Shown here: in pieces, positions 25,601 to 36,023 of the stretch
Position numbering within the stretch: position 1 is the stretch's first letter
Layout of the letters: each line of letters opens with the position of its first letter
Assembly: GCF_000143415.4 (NCBI RefSeq)
Contig: NW_003314265.1
Location: forward strand, 200,405 to 264,404
Length of the DNA stretch: 64,000 bases
Direction: 5' to 3'
From: Selaginella moellendorffii
Taxonomy: Eukaryota; Plantae; Lycopodiophyta
Notes under the pieces: generated by a model
Databases searched by the model: none
What the model saw: the letters and a program-made list of their open reading frames with translations, nothing else
Told to the model about the DNA's origin: nothing
Translations under genes and position numbers: made by a program

Positions 25601-27300
25601 TGTAGTTGAGTTGGATTCATGTAGTCATTTAGTTTATGCTTGTCCATGAACCTTTATCTTGTGCCTAAAGTATTACGTTCATGTTGGACAAATACATGAC
25701 TCGATAGCGCGAGTTTAGTGTTTGGGTCTTGTGAAAAGGCAAATTGAAAGAATGATTGTTAGTTGCTTTGCAATTAATATATAAGCAACGAAAGGGAATG
25801 ACTCGAGAGACAAAACATAATGGTTCAAATATGGAGGGAAATGGCCCATGAATAAGAGTGCACCCCTTTTCCAATCGATTAAAAGTCTTGGGATATTTGG
25901 GGTTGAGTGTTTTTGGGTTTAAATAGTACTAGGCTGGGTGACCTCCCGAGAAGTCTAAATTCAAGAGCTTGCTTGTAGACTTTGTCAAGGACTATAACAC
26001 TTGCTTTATTTGATGATGATTTAGCAATGATGAGCTTGCTTAAATTTCGTTAAATTTACATGGGTTTCCCATGTTAGCAAGTCTACTTTACCTTTGTCGA
26101 TATCATTTTGGTTGCATTTATAATGTTAAATTTTATTGAGTCTTGGATGTGGTGAATTACTCCTTGATGATGTGTTATCTATAACTGAGTATTGTTGAAG
26201 GATTGATCTTAGATATTAAGTATAGTATCTTTAACTTTGGTTAACTTGGTTATTGAAAACCTTTAAGTGGTGATTCACTCTTGCTTTCTTTTAACTTTGT
26301 TTTGGTGTTGATGGCATTGAAGCAAAGCCCTATTATTGACATTGTTGATGTTGGGATTCGAATAAAATAAGATATCTCTCTGTAGAATTGATATTAAGTT
26401 TCATTAGTCATGATATAAATAGTATTGATACTTCGGCTGTAGCTTTATGTTATTGATATTCATGCATTTGCTAGTTAGCTACTATGTTGACATTCAAATG
26501 AATTGAGTAGTGAGTTTGAGTTAATTGTGTTCTAGATAAGAATATTTAGCAAGGGTTGAGCTTTAGCTTTTTCTTGAAAAATGATTTAATTATGGACAAT
26601 GCTAACTCTACAAAAGAAAAAGTTAATGATCGATATTGGAATGTTTGAATCCTTGTTAGATTTGAATTATGATATATTGATTATTAATGATTCTTCTTGT
26701 ACTTATTATGAAATGAATTATATTTTGTTATCGATGGATTCATGAAGGACTGGTTTGATAATCACTTATTGAGCATAGCTCCATTGTGCTTAATTTTTGG
26801 ATTGATGTAAATGTGCTTTTCATTAGTTTTGCATTATGAAGTTTAGCTTATGGATATGTTGAGGAGTATATTATTGATTATGCCATGATTTCTTCTTTAA
26901 TATTAAAGTTAATTCATATGAGATTTATGATCATTGTTTAAGAAGACCTGGCTATAGACTTCTTCAAATTTTTTGTTCTTTGAGTTTTATGCTCATTGTT
27001 CTATTCGTAATAATTTGGTTAGAAAGGCATTTTGGCTCGTTAGCTTCAAAATTGAAGTTGGATTTTACATTTGGCAATCACCTTGACTATCATCTAAGAT
27101 AGTTGATTATCTTTATTAAAGGTTTTGCTTGATTATTGTTGATATAGAATGATTTGCCATTTTTTGGGATGGTAGATTCTTTATTTGATGATGATTATGC
27201 ATTTCTTCATTAATGGGATAATTGATGATCTTTCATGATAGTTAGTTATTCTTTTTTAAAACTTATAATAAACTTGAAAACAGTATTAGTTTTTTTAAAG
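22697..27300 (+). mobile_element. Heavily decayed Met-primed LTR retrotransposon interrupting the 5' LTR of element A
   Basis: LTR-like segment containing ggtgaaagcccaaagcg and ending GTTACA at 23305, followed by PBS TGGTATCAGA (23308-23317). Downstream sequence is AT-rich with no ORFs. Right boundary is a guess. Confidence 0.55.
25901..25956 (+). other. 5S rRNA-derived fragment (internal control region), Cassandra-like
   Basis: TAGTACTAGGCTGGGTGACCTCCCGAGAAGTC versus plant 5S TAGTACTAGGATGGGTGACCTCCTGGGAAGTC (3 mismatches in 32, consensus from memory). Degenerate A-box upstream; the 5' half of 5S is absent. Confidence 0.75.
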
Positions 27301-27903
27301 GGTCTAGTGTTTAATAGACACTCTAAAGGCTAGCATGAACATCAAGATTTAATCAGTTATAGTTTTTTTTCCATTCAAAATCATGTTTCTTAGTTTGCAA
27401 ACTTTTTTCCATTTCTAATTCATAGGAGCAGTCAACATTGACAACCATAGGGCTGTAGCTGCCTCAGAGCTCATAAATACCAACATAATCCTGAAAGAGG
27501 TGGAAAAAATGGATAAACATAGAAGCTGACAATATATAAGTGTCAATGTGCAATTGTATACATCACCATTAGGTTTCTATGTGAAGTCTCACAAAGTATG
27601 CCAAGGTCCCAAAGATGGGATTTTCAGTTCCAAGTGAGGTAATGGCTTTGTCAAAAAGGTTAGAAAGTTTTTTAAATGGCTTAGAGTGAAGAATATTGAC
27701 TCTTAGGCAGCTAAGGATTAACAAAGAAATTGTGAGATGTAAGCAATTCTGTCATGAGGATATGTTGGTGAGTTTGAAAGGCTTTGCCAACTACTCAGAA
27801 TTGGCTGGGCAATTACTAGTTATAAGATAATGCTAATCTCATAATAACAGGTTTTAGACCTTTAAACTTTTAAATTGAGGCTGGTGTATCTAGGGCAACC
27901 ACC

Positions 27904-28443
27904 ATGGATAAGCAGGGAGTGGTCGAATCCGCGGCTGCTCAATCCCCGAGCTTCTTGGAGCTCCTCAAGAGCTGGTTCCTTTGTGGATGGCTCGCGGACA
28001 AGGCAGCCCTGTTGAAGACTCATGGCCCCAGCTACATCGCGGTGGGATCTCGATCGCAGTCCGCTTCGTCCTCCTTGGATCCACAATCGGGAGCCTCGGG
28101 GCCCAAGCCCTACATGAGGCCTTCGCGATGGACACAGCTGGTAAGAAAATGCCGAGCCAGGTTCCGGAGGGGCTGGATCCATGATGGCAATCCCCAGGGC
28201 GGGCAATTCGATCCACACCAGCAGCACTACTACAAGATGGACAGCTACGAGCGGAATTTCGACAGAGGGCGGGAGTTTTGGGAGGATCTGGCGCTCATCG
28301 GCCAGCCCCTCGAGGAGAATTCGCCACGTCGGTGGGCGATCCCGGAGGCGTCGGTGCCAGATCCCGTGTGGATGATCACCGCGTCCCAGGAGGAGATCAA
28401 GGACAAGGCGGCGGCGCTAGCTGCCAGATCCGGCAATAAGTAG
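27904..28443 (+). CDS. Uncharacterised plant protein, paralog of 10991-11653
   Basis: ACCATGG start context. KSWFL, YMRPSRWTQLVRKCRA and YYKMDSYERNFDRGREFWEDL match the paralog. Confidence 0.8.
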   Translation: MDKQGVVESAAAQSPSFLELLKSWFLCGWLADKAALLKTHGPSYIAVGSRSQSASSSLDPQSGASGPKPYMRPSRWTQLVRKCRARFRRGWIHDGNPQGGQFDPHQQHYYKMDSYERNFDRGREFWEDLALIGQPLEENSPRRWAIPEASVPDPVWMITASQEEIKDKAAALAARSGNK

Positions 28444-28530
28444 CAGCGCTGCTCCATTGGATTTGGCTGTTTGTACAGGATTTATTATAGTTTTCTTCGT
28501 TCTCTTCTAGCCTAGGGTATAACGCTAGAA

Positions 28531-29415
28531 ATGCGGGCTCGGGTGAGATCCGCGAGCCTGGCGGCGTTCAAGCGGCGCCGCGAGGAGTCCTTCCACCGCA
28601 CGGAGCTGTGGCCCGGGCAGCGCGAGTTCCTCCAGGCGGAGCGCGAGCGGAAGAAGCGCCTGGGGATCCTCACGCGCAAGGTACGCCCCTTCGCCGCCGC
28701 CAACCAGTGCCCCCGGCGGCGCGCGCAGCCGTCGGTGGCCACCGAGAACGCCACCGGCACGCACGTCGCGTTCGTGAGGGCGGCCCCGCCCATCCCCACC
28801 ATGAACAGCCCGCTCCTCCGGCAGCTGGAATCTAGGCGGGAGAGCGACACCTTCGTACTCGACACCAGCGTCGCCTGCCTCTTCAAGGATCTCAGGCTGG
28901 AGCCATCGCAGGTGACGGCCGACCGGGAGAGGTTCCTGGAGCTCCTCAAGGGCGCCAAGCTCGCGGCTCCGCCGGTGGCCTGGAAGGAGTACGCGCTGTT
29001 TGGGCTGTCGAGCGCGATCCCCTTCTCGACCATGTCCGAGAAGAGGCTCGAGGATGCCAACCGGGTGGTGGACTCGCTCATCGGGCTCTTCCGGCGAGCT
29101 CCCAAGGGGAAGTGGCTGGCGATGAAGGAGAGTCACAAGAGCCGCGTCAAGGACTACTTGTTCGTCGTCCAGTCGGCCATGCTGTATCCCAAGACCACCA
29201 TTCTCACCAATGACTCCGACTTTGGGATCTTCGAGGTGATGGCCGGGGATATCGAGCAGCTCTTGTACCGGAGGCACAACTCGCTGTCGCTAAGCTTGAG
29301 CAGCGTTTCCATCTTCAATGTGGCCTACGACTTGGGGCTGGATTTGAGGTGCAGCCGCCGCAAGGGGAAGTTTCTCTTCCCTCAAGGCTCTCGAGGAAGC
29401 AGGGGCAGTAACTAG
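28531..29415 (+). CDS. Stand-alone PIN-domain (VapC-like) putative ribonuclease with an Arg-rich N-terminal extension
   Basis: Intronless 294-aa ORF with strong GC3 codon bias. Motifs FVLDTSV (D111), AWKEY (E153), KDYLFVVQS (D208) and ILTNDSDF (D228, D230) appear in PIN order and spacing. Confidence 0.75.
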   Translation: MRARVRSASLAAFKRRREESFHRTELWPGQREFLQAERERKKRLGILTRKVRPFAAANQCPRRRAQPSVATENATGTHVAFVRAAPPIPTMNSPLLRQLESRRESDTFVLDTSVACLFKDLRLEPSQVTADRERFLELLKGAKLAAPPVAWKEYALFGLSSAIPFSTMSEKRLEDANRVVDSLIGLFRRAPKGKWLAMKESHKSRVKDYLFVVQSAMLYPKTTILTNDSDFGIFEVMAGDIEQLLYRRHNSLSLSLSSVSIFNVAYDLGLDLRCSRRKGKFLFPQGSRGSRGSN

Positions 29416-29917
29416 CAAAGCCGGCCATCTTTCGGAAAACAGAGAGCGTTATAAAGCAGGGAAAAAGGAAAAGCTGGATTTTTCTCGCTGCTTGAGAACG
29501 ACCCGGGGCTTGGACTGATCTGCAAAGTGAAATCAAGACGCGTCAGTAAAGCAGCAACAACACGATTTTGATCGGGGACGAAAAGTCGCAAGTTTTTACG
29601 AGAGAAATCAAAAGGAAACTTGCCAGAGCTTGCTGGGATGTGACGGGAATCTCATGTGCTGCCGCTCTAGTACCGCTCCCTTTTATTCCAAGGCCCTCTG
29701 TCATTCGGATACGTGGTCTTCTTCTCTTCGCCCACAAGGTGTGATATAGTTAAGTTGATATCTTGGTTTAGAACCTCCTGGGAAACTTAGAAAAGAGCTC
29801 CAAGGTCCAGGGAACGAGTTTGTGCGTGCCGCAGGGTAGAAGAACTTCCACTGCGAGGTAGAACTTCTTCTCTCCAGCCACTGACTCTTCCAAGCAGCAG
29901 CGAAGATTTGCGTTTCC

Positions 29918-30573
29918 ATGGCCACGAAAGGAGCTGCTGGTTCCTCTTTTAGTATCGGAGGAGTGCTTAGCAGGAGGAGCAAAATGGCAGTGAGAGCAAG
30001 TAGCAGCAGGAACACCGATGAAATCGTTGATGCAAAGAATCTAGTTGCTACTCGATCAAGAGTAGCGGAGGAAAAGCCTCCAAGACTCTGCACACTGCGA
30101 GCGTTCAGCCAAGACGGGGGAGACTCCATAGCCATGGGATCAAGCGCTTGGGACTCGGCCGCCTCGTCTGTTTTCCTCAAGCAACTGGCTGCCAGCGTCC
30201 AAGCCACGGCCCAAGCTCAAGACTTTGAGACGATCTCAGGCCGCGCTGCAATGGTACGTTTCTCTCCTTTTGGCTTTCGAGGCAGCTCCTTTGCTCACGG
30301 ATGATTCCTTCGTCTTTGCAGGTAGCTTTCGCCATAGCTCTAGGACTAGAGGTTGTGACCGGCAACAATGTGTTCAAGGGAATAGAAGTCAAGGAGCTGG
30401 GCCAAACGGTGGCCTTCTCGGCAGCGTGCGTGATTTGTATGGCCGCTTTCACTGCTGGCTGGAGTGCAAAGAATCAGATTAGGCTCTACATGACCAAAGG
30501 ATGCCAGGATTTAGTGGAGTTTATTCTTACCGACGCAATAGATGCCATGTTCTTCGACCAAGATGATTTATAA
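29918..30573 (+). CDS. SEP2: Stress-enhanced protein 2 (two-helix LHC-like), chloroplast; intron 30254-30321
   Basis: Transit-peptide-like N-terminus and chlorophyll-binding motif ETISGRAAM|VAFAIALGLEVVTGN. Confidence 0.85.
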
Positions 30574-31001
30574 ACGTCCCACTTGAATTTTTCCTGGATC
30601 AAGGCAGCGATCACGTAAACAAGCTCGAGAAGCTCTCTTACTCTTGAAGAAGCTTTCTTCATTTCACTAAAAATATCCGCCTTGGAGATGTGACCTTCGC
30701 AAACTTAAGCCTGCAAAGAACCAGATTATAGCGCAAAATGTAAGATGCGGATTAAAAAACTCAGCCCACAGACTGAAGTGCTTTTCACTTGTTTAAGCAA
30801 AGCCGATAAGACAACTAATGATAATCTAGAGTCTAGGCTCCTGTACCTTATTCGACCGAGGACCAGATCATTCCCGGTCAGAGAAATTCCTTCCACTAAA
30901 CCTGCAGGAGGATCAGCATCAGTGAGCAGGCCCGGAAAGCTGTCGAGAACTTTTGGAAAAAATAATTCCTACCTTTGAGGTCCTCGATACCCAGCCACTG
31001 C

Positions 31002-33048
31002 TCATAACTTTCCATCATTGCTCGTCCTGTCCTTCGCCTTCATCAATCCCTCCACCACCGAGCGAGCAATCGGATGATACTTCGGACGAGCCTTTGCAAA
31101 TACTTTCTTTGCAAGCTCCATGCCGGCTTCGTCCTTGCTGTCCAGCAGACCACTGTAGAGAGGACGAAGGTACCGCATTCTTCCCACCATCATCAGCGCC
31201 TGCTCGATGTCATTGTAGCAAGCCTGGAAACCCGAGTTGGCCGCAATCACCAGGAACGCAACCCGGAGATCCCAGTTGGGACTCCTCGACAGATGAAACA
31301 CCGAGTCCAGATCACGGAGTATCATCACGCTCGCCACTTTCTTTGGAAGGCTCTCGAGATAAACTTGCCACTCCAGAGCTTGCCACCCCAAAGCTTCCTC
31401 CTTGAGTGACTCGAGGTACTTCTTCCAGGCTTCTTCATCGTAACTCTCGCTTTGGGACTTGAATTCCGCCACCATCCCCAAAACTCTCTCCAGAATTCCA
31501 GACTTTGGCTTCGGAGCGTCGGGAGGCATGCCTGGCTCGTAAATCCATCTATCGACGTTCACTTTCTCATCAATCCCCGGGAAGTAATCTCTCAGAAACA
31601 CCAGGAACGTCTCCGTGTCGATCGACGTAAAGCGAAACTTGGCGATGTAGCGTTCGAGAAAGTCGTCAAATGCCGGACGACTGACCTCGTCCTCGAGCCT
31701 CTTGAGAAAGAAGCAGCCTTTCTCGTATGGAACTTGGGAGTATACCTCGTCGGGATCCACATTCTCCTGGTTGGTCTTGAGCTTGGTAAACTCGGGCCTA
31801 TCCTTGAATCGCTCGATCTCCTCTTCCCATCCGTTCCATCCCAGCCCGTAGTGAAGAGCCACCCGCTCCTTCCCGTCCAAAACTTCCACGATCCGCCTTT
31901 CCGCATAGGTGGTGAATCCCTGAGAGACCGCCATTCATTCTTTAACGTCAACATCCTCATCATAATTTACAATCAAACATCAAGAACAGTAGTACCAAGC
32001 ATGCTCGAGCAATCAAAGAGACAAGACCGCTCGAGGCAGGCAAGATTAACAAAAAGAAAAGAAAAAGATGATCTAAACAAAACAATTGGAATCACGCAAG
32101 CGAGAGAATTCTCACCTCGTTGAGCCAGAAATCGTTGGCGGAGGCATTAGTGATGAGATTCCCGGTCCAGCTATGAGCGAGCTCGTGTGCCACCACCGAG
32201 GCGCCGCTCCGATCTCCAACGATCACCGTCGGCGTCAAGAACACCATCCTCGGGTTCTCCATCCCTCCATAGGGAAAGCTTGGCGGCAACACCAGCATGT
32301 CGAATCTCTCCCAGTCATACGGCCCAAACAGCGCCTCCGCCTGTTCGATCATCCCCTCGGTGGCCGCGAACTCGCGCGCCGCCGCCTTCACCATGCCCGG
32401 CTCGCCATACACCCTGGATCGAGCTCCCAGCTCCTCGCAAGCGATCTCTCCCGCCGCGAGAGCGAAGAGATAGGGCGGGATCGGCTGCTCCATCTTGAAA
32501 ACCTCGACCGCGCGCCCGGGAGCGATCGCTTCCAGCCGCTCCACATGCGCGGCGGACATCACCGCGCGCATCTCCTGGGGGATGTTGATCCTCGCCGAGA
32601 ACCTGAATCGCGCCGAGGGCGTATCCTGGCAGGGAAAGATGGAGCGCGCGTGGAGAGCTTGGCAATGCGTGTAGACGAAGGGGTGCTTCCCGGAGGAGGC
32701 CTGCGATGGATCAAGCCACTGGAGGGCGGACGCTTGCGGCGATGTTGTGAAGAGGATCAAGAAGCGGCTCGTCGGCGAGGGGAGATGGAGCACGAGGCGC
32801 TGGCCCTTGATCGGGTGCCGCTCGCTCGAAATATCGAATGCCAGTGGCTTCTTGGCCGGCGAGGAGGAATCGAAGGCGCCCCGGACGAGCAGATCCCGTG
32901 TGTCGAGGACGAAATCCCCGGAGAACGCCTGGCGCAGGGTGAAATCGGCGCTGCCGACGATGATCCGCCTTTCAAAGTCGAGGAAGAGATCGAGCGCGAT
33001 GCTGTCGGTGAGGAGCTGCGAGAAATCTGCGTAAGAATGTGGATCCAT
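31002..33048 (-). CDS. M1 zinc aminopeptidase, leukotriene A4 hydrolase-like; exons 33048-32116 and 31919-31002
   Basis: DPHSY, CQDTP, GGMENP, HELAH-x18-E (WLNE|GFTTYAER), VPYEKG and VGRMRYLRPLY. Confidence 0.95.
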
Positions 33049-33308
33049 ATCCGGTCGCTGCTCGCAAAAAAGAAAGGAATCGCAACTACTGTGAGTGGCG
33101 AGGGAATGATCCGGCCAAGCTTTGAAGTGAGCTTCGCTCGCGCCTGGATTTATAGCGGCCTGGCACACTGACAGTCACCCTAAACCACTTCTTAAGCTTA
33201 AGATACAATCGGGGCCGTCATACGACTTCAACGGCTGGATCACAGTCCAGGTAACACATGCCCTAAAATATTGTCCAAGGAATCTTCTTGTGAATATACT
33301 TCGTAGAT

Positions 33309-35911
33309 CTACATTGTTCTAGTCTTCTTCTTTCTTTCTTTCTCGTCAGCCTTTCGCTTCCTTTCCTTGATCAGCTTCACTTCTTCCTTCTTCTTGGTGT
33401 TGCTCATCTGTAGCAGCAAGGTCATTAGCACAAGAATGTAACCTTGTCACTAGAAAAAAATGAAGAAAAGTCTTACCTCCATGGCTTGGTAGAGATTTCT
33501 CTTGTTCCTGGACAGCATCATCTTCGCCATGTCCTTGGGATCGTCCTCTTTCGGTGGCGGAAGGACCTCACTTTCTGGCACATCCGCAAGAGCTTCCTCT
33601 TCTCCTGAGAAAGATTTCCCCGCCAGCTCTCTCCTCAAGTCTTCGGCATAGGATTTCTCCATCGCAGCTAGCTGCAAAGGCAAACCACACAAGAATGCTT
33701 ACAATGCAATGTTTTCCAGACGTCCTACCTCGCGTTCCTTTTCGGCTTCAAGATCTTCCCGACGCCGAGCAGCAGCCGCAACCAAAAGTTCACCTTCATC
33801 GATCCCGGATTCACTTCCTGGCAGTGGCGCCAGCTGCTGGTTCGCCGCAAGCCGCAGCCTTTTGATGGTATCAGCGTACTCTGGAACGTGTCCCTCCGCC
33901 TCGTTATCCACAAACGGCGATAGGTGCGGCGGAGGAATCCTGGCATTCTAGATTCAGTGACGCGAGCCACGCAGAGCAGCATCACTCACCTTCCAAGGAG
34001 ATAAGGCTCCGTTGGCAGCAGGATCCTGTTGTTCGCACAATCGTACACCCATTGCGGCTGGACATAATGCCTCGATAGAAATTTGTGTCCTTGTGTTGGG
34101 CGATCTACAATCTGTGATTGAACAAACGATCAGCCTAGCTCGTACGAGAATGAAGTTACCTGATGTGTAATGACTTCGTCATTTTCCGGAAAAGGGGCGC
34201 CATCTCCATCCCAGGATACTGCACCTCCGAAAGAACGAATAACAAACAATAACGACTCCCTCGGAACCTGGAAGGTCCAAACGTTAGAAAAGGAAAGAAA
34301 AAACACGAAGTCAATCTCTTACCTCTCTCCCCAAAAAGAAGGTGAGATTTTGAAACAAGCGCCTGCAGGTCCGTGTTTCCAGATCCTCATCTTCGATAAC
34401 GTCATCCACGTCCATAGCTTCAGTTTTGACTTGCACTGGAACGTCTTGTGGCTTCTCCTTCTCCTTCTCTATTTGCTTCAGTCTATCTTGCAAAGACGCT
34501 AGTCTTGCTTGAGACTCCGCTATCCTCTTCTCTTTGTTTTCTGCTTCCATTAGGCTTTGCTGTTCGTCCACAGAAACAGGAGCATCGTCTTCTTTCGCCG
34601 AGGCATCTTCCAAGAGAGGGGCAGATGTAGTTCCGCCAGCCAAGTCCTTCATCAGTGCATAGAGTTCTGGAAGTTCAAAACGACGTTAAACGGAAATTTT
34701 ACTCACGTAAGAGTTCACAACCTGCAGCAGCCTGCTCCAATCGAGGATCCAAAACTGGAGGATAGTTTAATCCCAGGGAATGGTAAAGTTTAAAATTGAC
34801 GAAACCCAGAAGCGTCTGTAGAAGATAAGCTGATCAATAGGAGAAAAAACAGAAAACAGCAACAAGTACCTCATAAAACTCGGCAAATGTAAGCATCACC
34901 CGAAAGTCGACGTCCTCCGGAAGAACCTGATTGAGAACATGTGGAGTCAAGTACGTGATCTTCTGGCCCGATACTTCGACCTGCAAAGTAGAAAACCATT
35001 GGTCACTATCAATTTAGACTGAAACTTAGCACACCTGATAGTAGATCCCTTTTACAGAGACGAATATTTTCCGTAAAGAGTGTGTTCGCGTAACATATGC
35101 TTGCCATTCAAGACTCAGCCTGCCACCAAAACATCACTACGTGATTCAGGGAAAAGAATGGTCTAATACCTTCGACAACTATGCACCCGCTCAAATGGAA
35201 CGCTATGGGTTGTGTCAGCCGGTAGAGTAGCGAACAAATGGATCATAGTCAGAGGATCCTCCAAGTCGCGAACGGCATCAATAAAAGAAGGATACCTGAT
35301 ACACCAACAAATATCTATCTTTAACGAAGATTACACAATTACTTCTTACCTCTCCTTGACTAGATGATCAAGTGTGAAAGATGGCCGATTATTTTGCAAA
35401 CGATGCGCAAGGTCTGTATTGTATTTGGCCCTGGCCTTGGTAATTTTCTTCTCGTAAGCACGAATCTCCCTGTAAGTAGTGTTACAAAATGTAAAAGAGA
35501 GAGAGAAAAAAAACCAAGGATAGGAAGAATTACCTGCTTTTCTCGAGGAGTGGCTCGTGCAGAAGGAAGTTTATGTCCTTGACATGATAGTAAGTTTTGT
35601 TCTGCCCTTCAAATTTTTTCTTTGGTTCTCTGGGATGGATTCCCTTGAGAATGCACAACCGCCTGTGTAAATTTGACGATTTCAAGATAAGAACCAGTAG
35701 CGTCTCCAAATACCTGAATTCGGGGAGCTTGATTTGGAGCCGATTGAGCGCCTTGTTCCGAGTAATGTATTTCGCTGCATTCCCCGGATTCCCGCGCCTG
35801 CCAGTGTGGAGCTTGCGCTTGGCCGCCTTGACAGCGTTCTTCACCTGCTTCACCTGCGAAGACGAAAGATCTGAGCACATTGCTCGAGCATCGCGACGAA
35901 ACACGCACCAT
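33309..35911 (-). CDS. PES1: Pescadillo homolog (ribosome biogenesis, BRCT domain), multi-exon
   Basis: [61 protein letters not shown] and PPHLSPFVD. Confidence 0.93.
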
Positions 35912-35932
35912 TCTCTTCCGCCCGCCCTTCTC

Positions 35933-35948
35933 AAACCCTAAACCCTAG
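35933..35948. promoter_or_regulatory. Telo-box (AAACCCTA x2) upstream of pescadillo
   Basis: aaaccctaaaccctag about 25 bp from the start codon. Telo-boxes are typical of plant ribosome-biogenesis genes. Confidence 0.55.
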
Positions 35949-36023
35949 AATTTCGATCGCATATTCCACGCAAGAATCTTGGTCACATTGAAGCGGAATA
36001 TACTACAAGAATATACAGTCGTG

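Noticed and set aside
25901-25956. Functional 5S rRNA gene
   Set aside because: Only the 3' half is present, it is mutated, and it is not in an array.
28440-28531. Spliced fusion of the 27904 ORF with the PIN ORF via the AG at 28510
   Set aside because: TAG codons at 28513-28515 and 28525-28527 region block: the in-frame TAG at 28513-28515 lies between that acceptor and the PIN ATG.
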